Translations under genes and position numbers: made by a program
Shown here: in pieces, positions 47,638 through 57,641 of the stretch
Layout of the letters: the number at the start of each line of letters is the position of its first letter
Numbering within the stretch: the stretch's first letter is position 1
The notes under the pieces: model-generated
Seen by the model: the letters and a program-made list of their open reading frames with translations, nothing else
What the model was told of the DNA's origin: nothing
The model's database searches: none
Origin: a virus
Lineage: Duplodnaviria > Heunggongvirae > Uroviricota > Caudoviricetes
Length of the DNA: 64,000 nt
IMG/VR virus record: IMGVR_UViG_3300034196_000151
Reading direction: 5' to 3' (one strand)

Positions 47638-47730
47638 AAGAACCTCTTGGATTAATCAACCGATTATACCTGAAATATTGTTTTTACACAACGAAAAAGA
47701 CAGTCAAAGACTGCCTTTTTATTTACTTCG

Positions 47731-48114
47731 TTATGCGGTGGCTTTCATTGCGGCCTTCTGTTCAAGATAGAAGGCATACAAGCGAGTGTATTCGATGGTA
47801 GCGGTGAATCGAGAATAGTTGCGTGGTGGCTCAGCATACGCTTCCGGTTCTTCGGTAATCCACCAAGAATTGAAGAGACTCCGCAGCTTTTCAGCCAAGG
47901 CCATCATGGTCACTGCCGAAACGTCTGGAAACATTTGAGCAATCAGTTTGAAGTTGGGCGGGCAACCAATCGTTTCTTCAATACCACACGAACCATCTTC
48001 AACCAACGACCAGCAAACAACCGATTCTTGTCCGATTCGGAACGGTGCCGTAAAATTCAAAAAACCTCGGCTAGTAATGTCTACGAGGGCAGCTTTTTCA
48101 CGAATGTTTTTCAT
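47731..48114 (-). CDS. hypothetical protein
   Basis: Start MKNIREK with CAGAGG SD. Confidence 0.45.
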   Translation of the reverse strand: MKNIREKAALVDITSRGFLNFTAPFRIGQESVVCWSLVEDGSCGIEETIGCPPNFKLIAQMFPDVSAVTMMALAEKLRSLFNSWWITEEPEAYAEPPRNYSRFTATIEYTRLYAFYLEQKAAMKATA

Positions 48115-48228
48115 GGGATAAACCTCTGTTTTGATGGGTTGATTATACCTCAATAAAACACGATTAGCAAACAAAAAACAGATTATTACGAAACAAAAAG
48201 CCCCGCAAATGCAGGGCTTCTTTTACAA

Positions 48229-49356
48229 CTAGGCTTCGACAGGTGGCGACAAATCGCCCAACTCAATCTGTTCCAAAGACCAGTCAACCAGATGGTTTTT
48301 AGCGTAATACGACAGGTAGTCGTTTTTCATGCCGCGAAGCAAGCACATTACAAAGCCAAAATGTGGATGGCCTTTAAGTTTGATCGCCGCCGACTTGAAG
48401 TCAAGCCCTTGGAACTCTGCCGCAATGTCGCTCACTTCTTTATCCAACGCTTCAACCGAAGATTTGATAGCGTCATTGATACGATAGATGTTGCTCAAAT
48501 CAGCCGTTGGGGAGTTCAACGACAAGTAAGCAATGTAGTCGTCCAACTTTTCTTCAACCACTAAGCGAGCAATATCACGCTCACGAACAAAACTAACCGC
48601 ATGGTGCAAATTCATATACCATTTAGTTTTGATTTTGATCATTTCACCGTTAGCGAACTGAATAACGTAGCCTTCAATTCCTTCAACCGTGTTCAACGAC
48701 TTCAACAGCGAAGCCAAATCAAATTCTTCACCAAACAGCGGCTTGTTGACCGGAATATCAAACAACAACGCCAGTTGCTCTTTTTCAGCAGGCATCAAGT
48801 AATCACCTGTGATGTTGTGGCGAACGTGAAGAAGTGTCATGTTTTCTTCGTCATAACGCAAAACGATACGATGTTTTGGCGAAGTGAATTCAAAAATAGG
48901 GGTCAGTTGTGCCTGAGAGCAATATTTAGTGAACTCGTAGTATTTCTGGTTGTTCGATACAAAGCCTTCTGCAGAAACAGCCACATCCGATTTGAAGGAC
49001 TTCTTGGACTTGGCAAAGAATTCACCGTTGAACAGCCCTGTGGTGATCATGGAACCATCCATTTTATCAAACCCGGCCACCATCTTGTTCCAATCCAAAA
49101 CGGCTGGCTGGACTTCTGCACGCTCTGCAAGGTTGAAGAACTTGTGCAACGGACGGGACAAGATTTTACCATCGTCGGCAAACGTAATACCGCGAGCTTC
49201 TTTTTCGACCGGAGTGTTAAAAGAATCACCATTGCTGATGTTGTAGCAAACGATGTTCGCCCCGTTATCCTGCTTGTTAACAGAGATATAGGCACGATCT
49301 TTGATATGGGGAAGCATATCATCAAGGGTTTCAATACGCGGGAAGATGCTAGACAT
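48229..49356 (-). CDS. RNA ligase 1 family, second paralog
   Basis: 375 aa; FDKMDGSM (K-x-DG) and shared ARG(I/V)(T/M)F, P(L/M)(H/Q)KFF, KSKK blocks with 46139..47260. Confidence 0.65.
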   Translation of the reverse strand: MSSIFPRIETLDDMLPHIKDRAYISVNKQDNGANIVCYNISNGDSFNTPVEKEARGITFADDGKILSRPLHKFFNLAERAEVQPAVLDWNKMVAGFDKMDGSMITTGLFNGEFFAKSKKSFKSDVAVSAEGFVSNNQKYYEFTKYCSQAQLTPIFEFTSPKHRIVLRYDEENMTLLHVRHNITGDYLMPAEKEQLALLFDIPVNKPLFGEEFDLASLLKSLNTVEGIEGYVIQFANGEMIKIKTKWYMNLHHAVSFVRERDIARLVVEEKLDDYIAYLSLNSPTADLSNIYRINDAIKSSVEALDKEVSDIAAEFQGLDFKSAAIKLKGHPHFGFVMCLLRGMKNDYLSYYAKNHLVDWSLEQIELGDLSPPVEA

Positions 49357-49482
49357 TGTTAAAATCTCTACTGGTTTGAATGGATTGATTATACCGAAAA
49401 TGACCTTTCAACACAAGTCAAAAATGATATTTTTCAAAAGAAAAAGCAGCCCTAGTGGACTGCCTTTCAACATCGGATGAAC

Positions 49483-49761
49483 TTAAACCTTGAAGGTAAC
49501 ACCCGAGTAAGCCACTTCGCGGCAATCGACACTGACCGACAGGCGAGAGGCGTTGAAGATTTCGGCCAGTTGGGTTTCGTCTACCGCGTTTTCCAAGTAG
49601 AGTTCCGCGACACACGTTTTGCGTTCTTTGTCGTAGCTCAAAATCATGAAGTCATAAATCACTTTATGGTTGATTTCAGCGTCCAAATGAAAGAAGTCAT
49701 TGGTATCGTCACGAAGAACAGTATCCACTTGGAAAGTGATGGTTACGGTAGTGATAGCCAT
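49483..49761 (-). CDS. hypothetical protein
   Basis: 92-aa ORF. Confidence 0.45.
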   Translation of the reverse strand: MAITTVTITFQVDTVLRDDTNDFFHLDAEINHKVIYDFMILSYDKERKTCVAELYLENAVDETQLAEIFNASRLSVSVDCREVAYSGVTFKV

Positions 49762-49884
49762 GATGTTGAACCCCTATGTTTTTGATGAAGCCATTATAAC
49801 AAGGTAAAAAAACAAAAACAACATTTATCTTTCAATAGGGCAAAAAAAAGCAGCCCGAAGACTGCCTTTTTCAAACCTTGAAAA

Positions 49885-50139
49885 TCAAATCATCTTGCGA
49901 AGGTTTTTGACTTCTTTCTCTTTGTTGCCGAGCGTTAGCCATTCATCAATGGAATCAAGCAACACTGCTTTCGCCACAATTTTGCCCAACAGCAAATGTT
50001 TAGACGTATCGTCAGTGATATTGAGAGCACCCGAAGCAACAGCCTTTTCCAGATTAGCCTTGGCTTTGACGATTACCAGTCGAATCATCTCTTCGGCTTC
50101 GTCTACAACGCTTTCTTGTGGAGTTTGATCTTCAGTCAT
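49885..50139 (-). CDS. hypothetical protein
   Basis: 84-aa ORF. Confidence 0.45.
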   Translation of the reverse strand: MTEDQTPQESVVDEAEEMIRLVIVKAKANLEKAVASGALNITDDTSKHLLLGKIVAKAVLLDSIDEWLTLGNKEKEVKNLRKMI

Positions 50140-50196
50140 GGTAAGTCCTCTACATAAGTGTGATTTGAGTATACACTAAAATCTATTAAATGGCAA

Positions 50197-50772
50197 TCAA
50201 GTTGGATAAAAACCAAAGAAAATGAACAAGCTTTGCTTTTGTTTAACCGTTTTTAAGGCCGGGTCCATTTTGAAAACATTCGCCAAAGTTGGATCGCTCA
50301 ACTTCTTCGCAATATCCAAAGAGACGGAAAAACCCAGCAAGGCTTTTTCTTTGGCAAAATCGTTAGCCGCTTGTTTGGTCGTGAAGTCTTTCGATTCTTG
50401 ATTACCTTCAAAAAGCTTCCGATAGGTGACGGTGAAAACGTTCACCCATTTTTTGGTACCTATCTTGGTATTTTTGACGGTTTTAACACCACCAATCACC
50501 GAAACGTTTTTAACGGTGTGATTTGGGATCTCAACATAAAACATGTTACCCCATTTATCACAATAAGCATCCTTTTCCAGCAGCTTGTCAACGTAATCAA
50601 ACGCCGATGCTTCAGTTTTGACGCTGGGAGGAAGTGAAACACGGGTCAAACCACCCTTATTACGCAAGGCATGTGGATGCAGCCCCTGATAAACAGAATC
50701 CTCACTGGCTTCTTTGTAGGATTCCTGAGCATTAAGACCATGCCAAGCTTTTTGGTAAACCTGAGCACCCAT
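50197..50772 (-). CDS. hypothetical protein
   Basis: 191-aa ORF. Confidence 0.5.
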   Translation of the reverse strand: MGAQVYQKAWHGLNAQESYKEASEDSVYQGLHPHALRNKGGLTRVSLPPSVKTEASAFDYVDKLLEKDAYCDKWGNMFYVEIPNHTVKNVSVIGGVKTVKNTKIGTKKWVNVFTVTYRKLFEGNQESKDFTTKQAANDFAKEKALLGFSVSLDIAKKLSDPTLANVFKMDPALKTVKQKQSLFIFFGFYPT

Positions 50773-50891
50773 GACAATTCTCCCAATATTTACGATAGGT
50801 TATTATACAATAATCCAACAGTTATCGCAACAAAATTTAGTTTTTTAGAATGCAAAAAAGGCCAACTAGTGGCCTTTTTCTTTGTGTTGCT

Positions 50892-51740
50892 TTACTGCTT
50901 TGGTTGAACTACGGGTTGCGGGACTGTTACCCCTTGCGGGAGCGAACCACCCACTACGACCAGCATGTTCACATTGTCTTTCTTTTTGACCACTTCAACA
51001 ATTTCTTTCTGGATTTCGATTTCTCGACCTTTCAGGTATTGTTCAGGGGTCATTTTCATCTTGGTCATGTATTCATTGTCAGCGTCGGCTTTGTTGGTTT
51101 CAGCCTGCTTACGTTTCTTTTCAGCGTCTGCACGGGAGTCTTCGGTCAAAGCTCGTTGAATTTGGGCTTCTGTCCGTGCCGTTTCAGCCAACACTTCATC
51201 AGGAGGCATAATCGCACCGATAGTCACCGCAAGAATACGAACCGGAATGCCTTTTGCAACCACAATATCAACCATTCGCTTGTAAACCGCATCTTCACCA
51301 GCGTCAGTAACCTCTTGTTTCGTGGTCAACTCTTTAACTGTGTGTTGTCGAGCAAAGTCTCGCAGCATGTTTTGAAAGTCTTTTTTCAGGTTGTTTTCAT
51401 ACATGGAATTACCAAACTTCTCATGATAGATATAAGCCTGTTCGGGGATAAGTTCATAACGAACAATCGCTTTAAAGTCTACCGGAGTCGAGTTGATGGT
51501 TGCCAAGTCATTAAACGCTTCTTCTTTTTGAATAGGCTTAATGTCATAGATGTGCATCATCGAAGTTGGCGAGATGTAATAGCGATCACCACCTTTATAC
51601 ACCTGTTGGTCAACACCACCGGAACCAATGAACGGATGTTTTTCAAGAACACCCACAAAACTAGCGTCTACAGTTTCGGAACAACCACTGAGAGCAACCG
51701 ATGCCAGCAGAACAATAGAAGCAAAAATCTTTTTAATCAT
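50892..51740 (-). CDS. SPFH/band-7 (prohibitin-like) domain lipoprotein
   Basis: MIKKIFASIVLLASVALSGC lipobox; VRILAVTIGAIMPPDEVLAETARTEAQIQRAL and Ala/Glu/Lys-rich coiled region typical of SPFH proteins. Confidence 0.55.
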   Translation of the reverse strand: MIKKIFASIVLLASVALSGCSETVDASFVGVLEKHPFIGSGGVDQQVYKGGDRYYISPTSMMHIYDIKPIQKEEAFNDLATINSTPVDFKAIVRYELIPEQAYIYHEKFGNSMYENNLKKDFQNMLRDFARQHTVKELTTKQEVTDAGEDAVYKRMVDIVVAKGIPVRILAVTIGAIMPPDEVLAETARTEAQIQRALTEDSRADAEKKRKQAETNKADADNEYMTKMKMTPEQYLKGREIEIQKEIVEVVKKKDNVNMLVVVGGSLPQGVTVPQPVVQPKQ

Positions 51741-51809
51741 AACGTTTCCTTTTAGGGTTTAAGTTTGAGAAGTTTAGCATTTGTAACGTTTATAAACAAG
51801 CTTTATTTA

Positions 51810-52043
51810 TCAATAAAGCGGGGTTTGTTCAAATTCATCCAGTGTCTGGTTAGCCAGATCGAGGTCAGCTTTCAGTTGTTCACTGATTTCTTTACCTTGG
51901 GTGTCAGCGGTGACACTTTCAACAAGGCAACCCAACAGCGAAATAAGACGCTCATTTCGGGCCATTAGCTCTACCACTGCTTTGGCTTCGACAGTGTTAT
52001 TCGATTGGGATTCGGCTTGGTCTTCTTGAAGTTGACGTTTCAT
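51810..52043 (-). CDS. hypothetical acidic protein
   Basis: 77-aa ORF. Confidence 0.4.
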   Translation of the reverse strand: MKRQLQEDQAESQSNNTVEAKAVVELMARNERLISLLGCLVESVTADTQGKEISEQLKADLDLANQTLDEFEQTPLY

Positions 52044-52114
52044 GGTGACACCTCTTAATGGAAGTTGATTGTAACATTATTTTTCAAAAATCACAAACAT
52101 TTTGAATGTTTTGT

Positions 52115-52687
52115 TTATTTAAAAGACTTTTGAAGTTTGACAAAATCAGTCAGGAATTTATCATAGAATTCTTCCAAGAAAACACTGTGTTCCGCAATGT
52201 TTCTTGCAACTTCTGCGAAGAAGGCTTTGAATTCTTTTTGATACATGTCATGGCCTTCTGCACCAGCCCCCATTTTGAAGGTTTGATCCAACTGGTATTT
52301 GGCCGTGGTCGCCGCTTCGTAAATATTGATAACAGTGACCATTTTGGCATGGTTAAATGCAAACAGCTTGTCATTTTCAACTTTTGACGAAACAATCATC
52401 GCCATGTCGAGAATGGTAGGCACATTGTAGTGATCCCACAACTCACGCACACGATCATAAATGCCCAAATGATCATCATTGAAAGAATCATTCAGGTAAT
52501 CGTTTTCGGTATAACCAGCACGGTCACGGTCAGTATAGCCTGAATAGCCATACGAATCATAACCCTGATTGTCGAATTGAGATTCGGGCATAAGCCCATT
52601 ACCAAAACCACCACCGTTTTTCTCAAACCAGTCTTGATCTTGGCTATAAGAGCGGCTAACAGTGGGGGAATATTTTCCAACGCCCAT
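52115..52687 (-). CDS. hypothetical protein, paralog of 52800..53237
   Basis: Shared N-terminus MG(V/I)GKYSPTVS.SY..DQ.W(F/Y)EKNGGGFGNG; AAAGAGGA SD. Confidence 0.5.
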   Translation of the reverse strand: MGVGKYSPTVSRSYSQDQDWFEKNGGGFGNGLMPESQFDNQGYDSYGYSGYTDRDRAGYTENDYLNDSFNDDHLGIYDRVRELWDHYNVPTILDMAMIVSSKVENDKLFAFNHAKMVTVINIYEAATTAKYQLDQTFKMGAGAEGHDMYQKEFKAFFAEVARNIAEHSVFLEEFYDKFLTDFVKLQKSFK

Positions 52688-52799
52688 GTGTGTATCCTCT
52701 TTGATTTAGAAGCCTATCTTATCAAAAAACTGAAAAATAAGCAACCATTAAAACAAAAAAAACCTAGCCGGAGCTAGGTCTTTAATCGTATTGACAAAA

Positions 52800-53237
52800 T
52801 TAATCGAGCAGCAAGTCAGGATAAGCCTTAGTAATATCGGCTTTCAGGCCACGCTCAATCTCAGCAGCTTTTCGGAGAATGTCTTGAACTTCTGCAAGTT
52901 GACGGAAGGCTTCTTGCATTTCTGGATTAGCAGCCGCGTCTTCACGGGCCTTACGCATAGCAAGAATGCAGCGACCACCCCATTCAGACTGAACATCTTC
53001 ATGCAGTGGGTAATATGCTGAATCGCCATCCCATTGAGAACTAGCGGCGTAATCATTTTCATGATGACCCGCCCGGTCACGATCATCGGCGTTGTAGCCA
53101 TACGAATCGTAACCATCATCATCGTAATCAGAATCAGGGTTTTTACCATTGCCAAAACCGCCGCCATTTTTTTCATACCAAGCTTGATCTTTACGGTAGG
53201 AAGTGCTGACGGTTGGAGAATATTTACCAATGCCCAT
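52800..53237 (-). CDS. hypothetical protein, paralog of 52115..52687
   Basis: ATG at 53237 (MGIGKYSPTV). Confidence 0.5.
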   Translation of the reverse strand: MGIGKYSPTVSTSYRKDQAWYEKNGGGFGNGKNPDSDYDDDGYDSYGYNADDRDRAGHHENDYAASSQWDGDSAYYPLHEDVQSEWGGRCILAMRKAREDAAANPEMQEAFRQLAEVQDILRKAAEIERGLKADITKAYPDLLLD

Positions 53238-53334
53238 AATGTTCAACCTCTGTAATGTAGATGGCTATGATACCAAAAAACTGAAAAATACGCAAACATT
53301 AAAACAAAAGACCTAGCCGAAACTAGATATTTTT

Positions 53335-53913
53335 TCAATCTTCAATGTAAAGACGTTTCAAATAAGGCCGAACCTGATGATAAACGGTGTTGGCGTCTTC
53401 CACAGTTAACCCTTTATTATTCACAATGCTTTCAAGCTTTTCAATCCCTTTGTTATAGACATAAGCAGGCGTGTGCAAGTGATTAAAAGCAACTTTCCAG
53501 TCAAGTTCATCTGCAGTTGGGAATTGTTTAATGTAATCCGCCATAAACTGCTTTTCAAGGGTTTCATAGAAACGATGAAAATACTGTTTTGATTGTTCAA
53601 TGATTTCATCGACTGTAAAAATAGCAACAGGTAGAGAATACGGCGAATTACTCACCAAAATTTCCCATTCAATGAGAGCGGTTTCTGAGGTAATTACTTG
53701 CAGCTCGGTATAATTCTTTGGCAGTGATCTAAAGTAAACAAACAGCTTGCTAGAAGCCATACCAGCAACCACAGATCCAAAGGTTTGCCACGAAAACAGA
53801 ATGGTCTGGTATTTGGGATTTTGATGGTCTTTAAACATGCTACGAGCGACGGCAATACCGACTTCTTGAGCCAACTGTTCATCTTTTGTGTTTAAAACAG
53901 GATGGGTGTTCAT
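53335..53913 (-). CDS. hypothetical protein
   Basis: Start MNTHPVLN with AAGGAAC SD. Confidence 0.5.
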   Translation of the reverse strand: MNTHPVLNTKDEQLAQEVGIAVARSMFKDHQNPKYQTILFSWQTFGSVVAGMASSKLFVYFRSLPKNYTELQVITSETALIEWEILVSNSPYSLPVAIFTVDEIIEQSKQYFHRFYETLEKQFMADYIKQFPTADELDWKVAFNHLHTPAYVYNKGIEKLESIVNNKGLTVEDANTVYHQVRPYLKRLYIED

Positions 53914-54024
53914 CGTAAGTTCCTTAAATTTTCTCGATTGTATCATAAACAAGATTTTTTGTGAACCTATTTTTTTGCAAAAAAAAGCAACCTATCGCTA
54001 GATTGCTGTCTCTAACCTATGAAA

Positions 54025-54423
54025 TTAATCTTCGGAGTAATTCCACTTCCCATGATAACGGCTCATTTTTTCAGCCAGTTCTTTGAGAATGAAACCTTCC
54101 CCTTCACCCTTGTAGTTAACGAGCCAAACATAGGTCGAAACCTTCGCCATTGCTTCGGCTTGCTCACGGGTCATACCTTCATGGATGATTTCCAAGTCAG
54201 GACTGTCGGGAGCGTCAAAAAATTCATCATCATCCCGAAACAGCGGGTCAGCAGGTTCATGCTTGTAAACAGGTTCCATATGATAAGAAACCAGTTCATC
54301 CAGCATTTCTGGGTATTCTGAGAGTGTGAATTCTTCGGCCTTGAAGCTGGATGCATACACCTGTTCGGCATAATCCATTGCAGCTTGTCCCATCGGGCTA
54401 TTTAAAAATTCGTTAGTAAACAT
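54025..54423 (-). CDS. hypothetical acidic protein
   Basis: 132-aa ORF. Confidence 0.5.
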   Translation of the reverse strand: MFTNEFLNSPMGQAAMDYAEQVYASSFKAEEFTLSEYPEMLDELVSYHMEPVYKHEPADPLFRDDDEFFDAPDSPDLEIIHEGMTREQAEAMAKVSTYVWLVNYKGEGEGFILKELAEKMSRYHGKWNYSED

Positions 54424-54543
54424 TGTCGGTAATTCCTAATTGCGTTTGTTTATTTTAACAAAGAATGAGGCAAATTACAACAAAAAACTTAATTTTGAAT
54501 AAAAAAAAGTCAAAAGAAGATAATCCTTTAAACTTAAGGTTTC

Positions 54544-54735
54544 TTAATCATCTGGTTCATCTACTTTCGATCCCCATGATTGGATATCGTAGTAAGATGA
54601 GATTGGTTTTCGACTACCAACTTCAAGAACAAGCATTTCTTTTGTCAGATAAATAATATCTTTACTACCAGTCACAGCACGTTTAATCCAATAATAACCC
54701 GGTTCTGTTGGATGTTCGTCTGTCCATACATTCAT
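54544..54735 (-). CDS. hypothetical protein
   Basis: 63-aa ORF. Confidence 0.4.
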   Translation of the reverse strand: MNVWTDEHPTEPGYYWIKRAVTGSKDIIYLTKEMLVLEVGSRKPISSYYDIQSWGSKVDEPDD

Positions 54736-54794
54736 AGCAAATACTCCTACATGATGATCAAAAAACCCTCCGAAGAGGGCTTTTCTTTTGTTTT

Positions 54795-55112
54795 TCAGCT
54801 TTTGTCAGCTTTCAAGAAGAAGTTCTCTTCTTCCCATTTGAACTTCATGATCATATGCTGCATGGCAGGAACGAACTCGGCGGGCACTTCCCATGAAGAA
54901 GTCAGCGAGCCATCAGAACATTGCTCATCTACCTTATCACGACCACCCCAGCAAGAAATGCAGTCCAATGCATAGAACTGAGATTTCAGCAGTGCCGAAG
55001 CTTCACCCTGTTTGTAAAGCATCGAAGTCGTGCAATTAACCCAAACACGTTTAGTGCTGGTAAGCGTGTCAGAGACGTAGACCAAAGGCTTTTTTTCAAA
55101 GTTGAAAGGCAT
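54795..55112 (-). CDS. hypothetical protein
   Basis: 105-aa ORF; UUCG terminator aaaaaaccctccgaagagggc at ~54765-54795. Confidence 0.45.
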   Translation of the reverse strand: MPFNFEKKPLVYVSDTLTSTKRVWVNCTTSMLYKQGEASALLKSQFYALDCISCWGGRDKVDEQCSDGSLTSSWEVPAEFVPAMQHMIMKFKWEEENFFLKADKS

Positions 55113-55215
55113 TTTTTAATCCTTGATGATGTGTTTTGATGAACAGATTATAACGTAAAAACTCATTTTTAACAACCAATATTTTGGCTGAAATGAAAAA
55201 ACCGCCGAAGCGGTC

Positions 55216-55722
55216 TTATTCCTCAGTGCTGAGTGTGGCAACCTTTTCAAAGAAGCCACTGTCAGTCAACTTTTGTAAGATAACTTCACGCGAATCACGT
55301 TTGATTTGGTCATGATTCACATTGGTTTGCGGTGTCGAGTAACGATAGACAAGGCTAGTAATTTCAGCCGGAGTCAGTTTCAGGACAGCTTCAAGGCGAA
55401 CATCATTGTATTCCATTACCGCACCGAAAGGCATGACTTCTTCACCGGAGAGGTAATCCTTGATGACAAGGTGAGGACGTTTAGCCTTGGAAACATCTTG
55501 AATTGCGATACCAATACCAACAACAGGATTCGACCAGTCATTACCCACGGCAATAACAGGCTTACCAATCAAAACTTCCAAAGCAGCCCGTTCAATAACA
55601 TCTTCACGCCCACGGCGTTCTTTTTCTGATGCTGTCACAGCCGCTTGAGACATTTGATACATTTCAGCCGGGAACAGTGCTTGAAAGGTCAGAAACACTT
55701 TTTCTTTGATAGTGCTAAGCAT
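55216..55722 (-). CDS. hypothetical protein
   Basis: 168-aa ORF. Confidence 0.5.
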   Translation of the reverse strand: MLSTIKEKVFLTFQALFPAEMYQMSQAAVTASEKERRGREDVIERAALEVLIGKPVIAVGNDWSNPVVGIGIAIQDVSKAKRPHLVIKDYLSGEEVMPFGAVMEYNDVRLEAVLKLTPAEITSLVYRYSTPQTNVNHDQIKRDSREVILQKLTDSGFFEKVATLSTEE

Positions 55723-55785
55723 GGCGTTACTCCAAAAGATAAGGGGTACATTATATATAAAACCAAAATTTAAAGCAATTAGAAC

Positions 55786-55980
55786 TTAAAGAAAACTACC
55801 AAAAAGACCAAAGAGCGGCTTACCCAAAAGCCCCAAAAGGCACAGAACAATAGCCACTAAAAACAAGCCAGTGTTAAATCGCTGAGAGCGATAAATGCCG
55901 GAACGCATTTCGATCAACTGGTTCTCGCATGCAATGTGTTCATCACTGCCGCCACATTTAACACAATTACAAACAACCAT
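55786..55980 (-). CDS. zinc-ribbon protein with C-terminal TM helix
   Basis: Start MVVCNCVKCGG with GAAGGG SD. Confidence 0.4.
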   Translation of the reverse strand: MVVCNCVKCGGSDEHIACENQLIEMRSGIYRSQRFNTGLFLVAIVLCLLGLLGKPLFGLFGSFL

Positions 55981-56150
55981 GACAATACCCTTCACTTGAT
56001 GATTTCGACTATTATAGCAAAATACGAACAAAATAAAAAGCAGTTTTTAACTAAAAATAAATCAAAAAACACTTTTCAAACGCTTAAAATCTTGGTATAA
56101 TGACCCCACTGAAACAAACCAACCATACAAAACTTATTGAGGTGATACCA

Positions 56151-56273
56151 TGAAAGTTCAAAACTTCGTAGCAAAACACATGAACACCGTCAATAAGGCG
56201 GCAACGCATGTAGACAAGAAGCGTAAAGACAAAAACAAACGCGACAAGCGTGCTTACTTGAAGGAGATGTAAT
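56151..56273 (+). CDS. 40-aa highly basic protein, plus strand
   Basis: MKVQNFVAKHMNTVNKAATHVDKKRKDKNKRDKRAYLKEM; TGGTATAAT promoter at ~56110-56120, GAGGTGA SD, UUCG terminator at 56291-56320. Confidence 0.45.
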
Positions 56274-56290
56274 CCTTCGGTAAGTTGAAA

Positions 56291-56320
56291 AAGAAAAGGT
56301 GTCTTCGGACACCTTTTTTT
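56291..56320. terminator. bidirectional terminator with UUCG loop
   Basis: aaaAGGTGTCttcgGACACCTttttttt. Confidence 0.6.
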
Positions 56321-56337
56321 GTGCGTGTTGTTTGGGA

Positions 56338-56910
56338 TTAGAACAAGCTAAAAATACCTGCAACAGTGCCTGCCGTGCCAATAACATCCCAAATGTCAAT
56401 CGACCGAGAATCCTCACCAGAAGCGGTGCGGCTATATCGTGTTCGATCTGGAATTCGTTGGCCCATTCTAGACGGAGATCCCACAATTGACATCCAGATA
56501 TCACGATTCACATCGTGCGTATCCTTTGATTTCCCCAGCAGAACAAAATCGCCATTAGAACTCATGGCACCATTGAAAAGCTGAAAATCATCATTAACAG
56601 GAAATGATTTTTTAAAATGTTCCGGCATAGGTGCGTATCGGTTTTTAAATAGGAATTCAAGATATTTGACGTAAATATCATTAATGTTGGCTGATGGAAT
56701 AGATTCCGAATAGACAAACATGGAAACTTCATTTTTCTTATTGGAACCAATAATGACATTCTCATTGTCTTTTGAAAGGCGAAAGAAATTAAAGAAAAGC
56801 TTATTGTCAGGCAACTTTTGATAGCTGTAACCTTCAGCTTTTTTGGCATTCCACAAGGCTTGAACATCATCACCCAGCCCAATTTTTCTGATAGTTAGAC
56901 ACATAGTCAA
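56338..56910 (-). CDS. hypothetical protein
   Basis: 190-aa ORF. Confidence 0.5.
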   Translation of the reverse strand: MTMCLTIRKIGLGDDVQALWNAKKAEGYSYQKLPDNKLFFNFFRLSKDNENVIIGSNKKNEVSMFVYSESIPSANINDIYVKYLEFLFKNRYAPMPEHFKKSFPVNDDFQLFNGAMSSNGDFVLLGKSKDTHDVNRDIWMSIVGSPSRMGQRIPDRTRYSRTASGEDSRSIDIWDVIGTAGTVAGIFSLF

Positions 56911-57035
56911 TAACCTCCAATTTTCGCAATTATACTATAATTCTACAAAATAAACAATATTAGAAACCTACAAAATCTAAATTTAACGCACAAAAAAGAC
57001 CGAACATGTCGGCCTTTTTTATTGACTTCTGTGAT

Positions 57036-57587
57036 TTAGATGACAGTGAGAACACCGGCTTCATCAATGGTATAACCCATTTTCACAACAGCATCCAGAG
57101 CTTCTTTCAGTTGGCGTTGACGGAACTCTTTGTGGTCTTCATCAGTCAATGCCAGCCGAGTAACGACGATGCTAACATTATCTGGCAATGTCTCCCAAGT
57201 CCGATTCTTACCAGAAGTTTTGGGATGATAACGAATATCAGATCCCTTAATCACAAGAGTATTGTCTCGTATTTTTTCATCAATCATCCAATCAAGAGTT
57301 CCGAGTGAAATTTCAGCATAAGGATCTTCATGATTAAGGTGCAACACACCAGCAGCAGCCAGACGTTGACCCAACTGGCAAGCTTCCATAGAAAGTTCCG
57401 TCGAGCTAACAGTAACCGCCATACCAACAGGGCCAACCATATAGTTGATCAGGTATTTGTAGTCAGGGGCTGCATTGGTGTGCTGCAGAGCCGCCACAAT
57501 TTTTTCAAGCTTCAACTGAACAGCCAAGACAGCATTCACTGCAGACTGGGCGTCGGTTGTGTTCAGTGCAATTTTAACTTGAGTCAT
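57036..57587 (-). CDS. hypothetical protein, paralog of 43957..44532
   Basis: 183-aa ORF. Confidence 0.5.
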   Translation of the reverse strand: MTQVKIALNTTDAQSAVNAVLAVQLKLEKIVAALQHTNAAPDYKYLINYMVGPVGMAVTVSSTELSMEACQLGQRLAAAGVLHLNHEDPYAEISLGTLDWMIDEKIRDNTLVIKGSDIRYHPKTSGKNRTWETLPDNVSIVVTRLALTDEDHKEFRQRQLKEALDAVVKMGYTIDEAGVLTVI

Positions 57588-57641
57588 GATAGGATTTCCT
57601 ATTTCGTTTATGATGGGGTTATTGTATCAAAAAACAGAATT

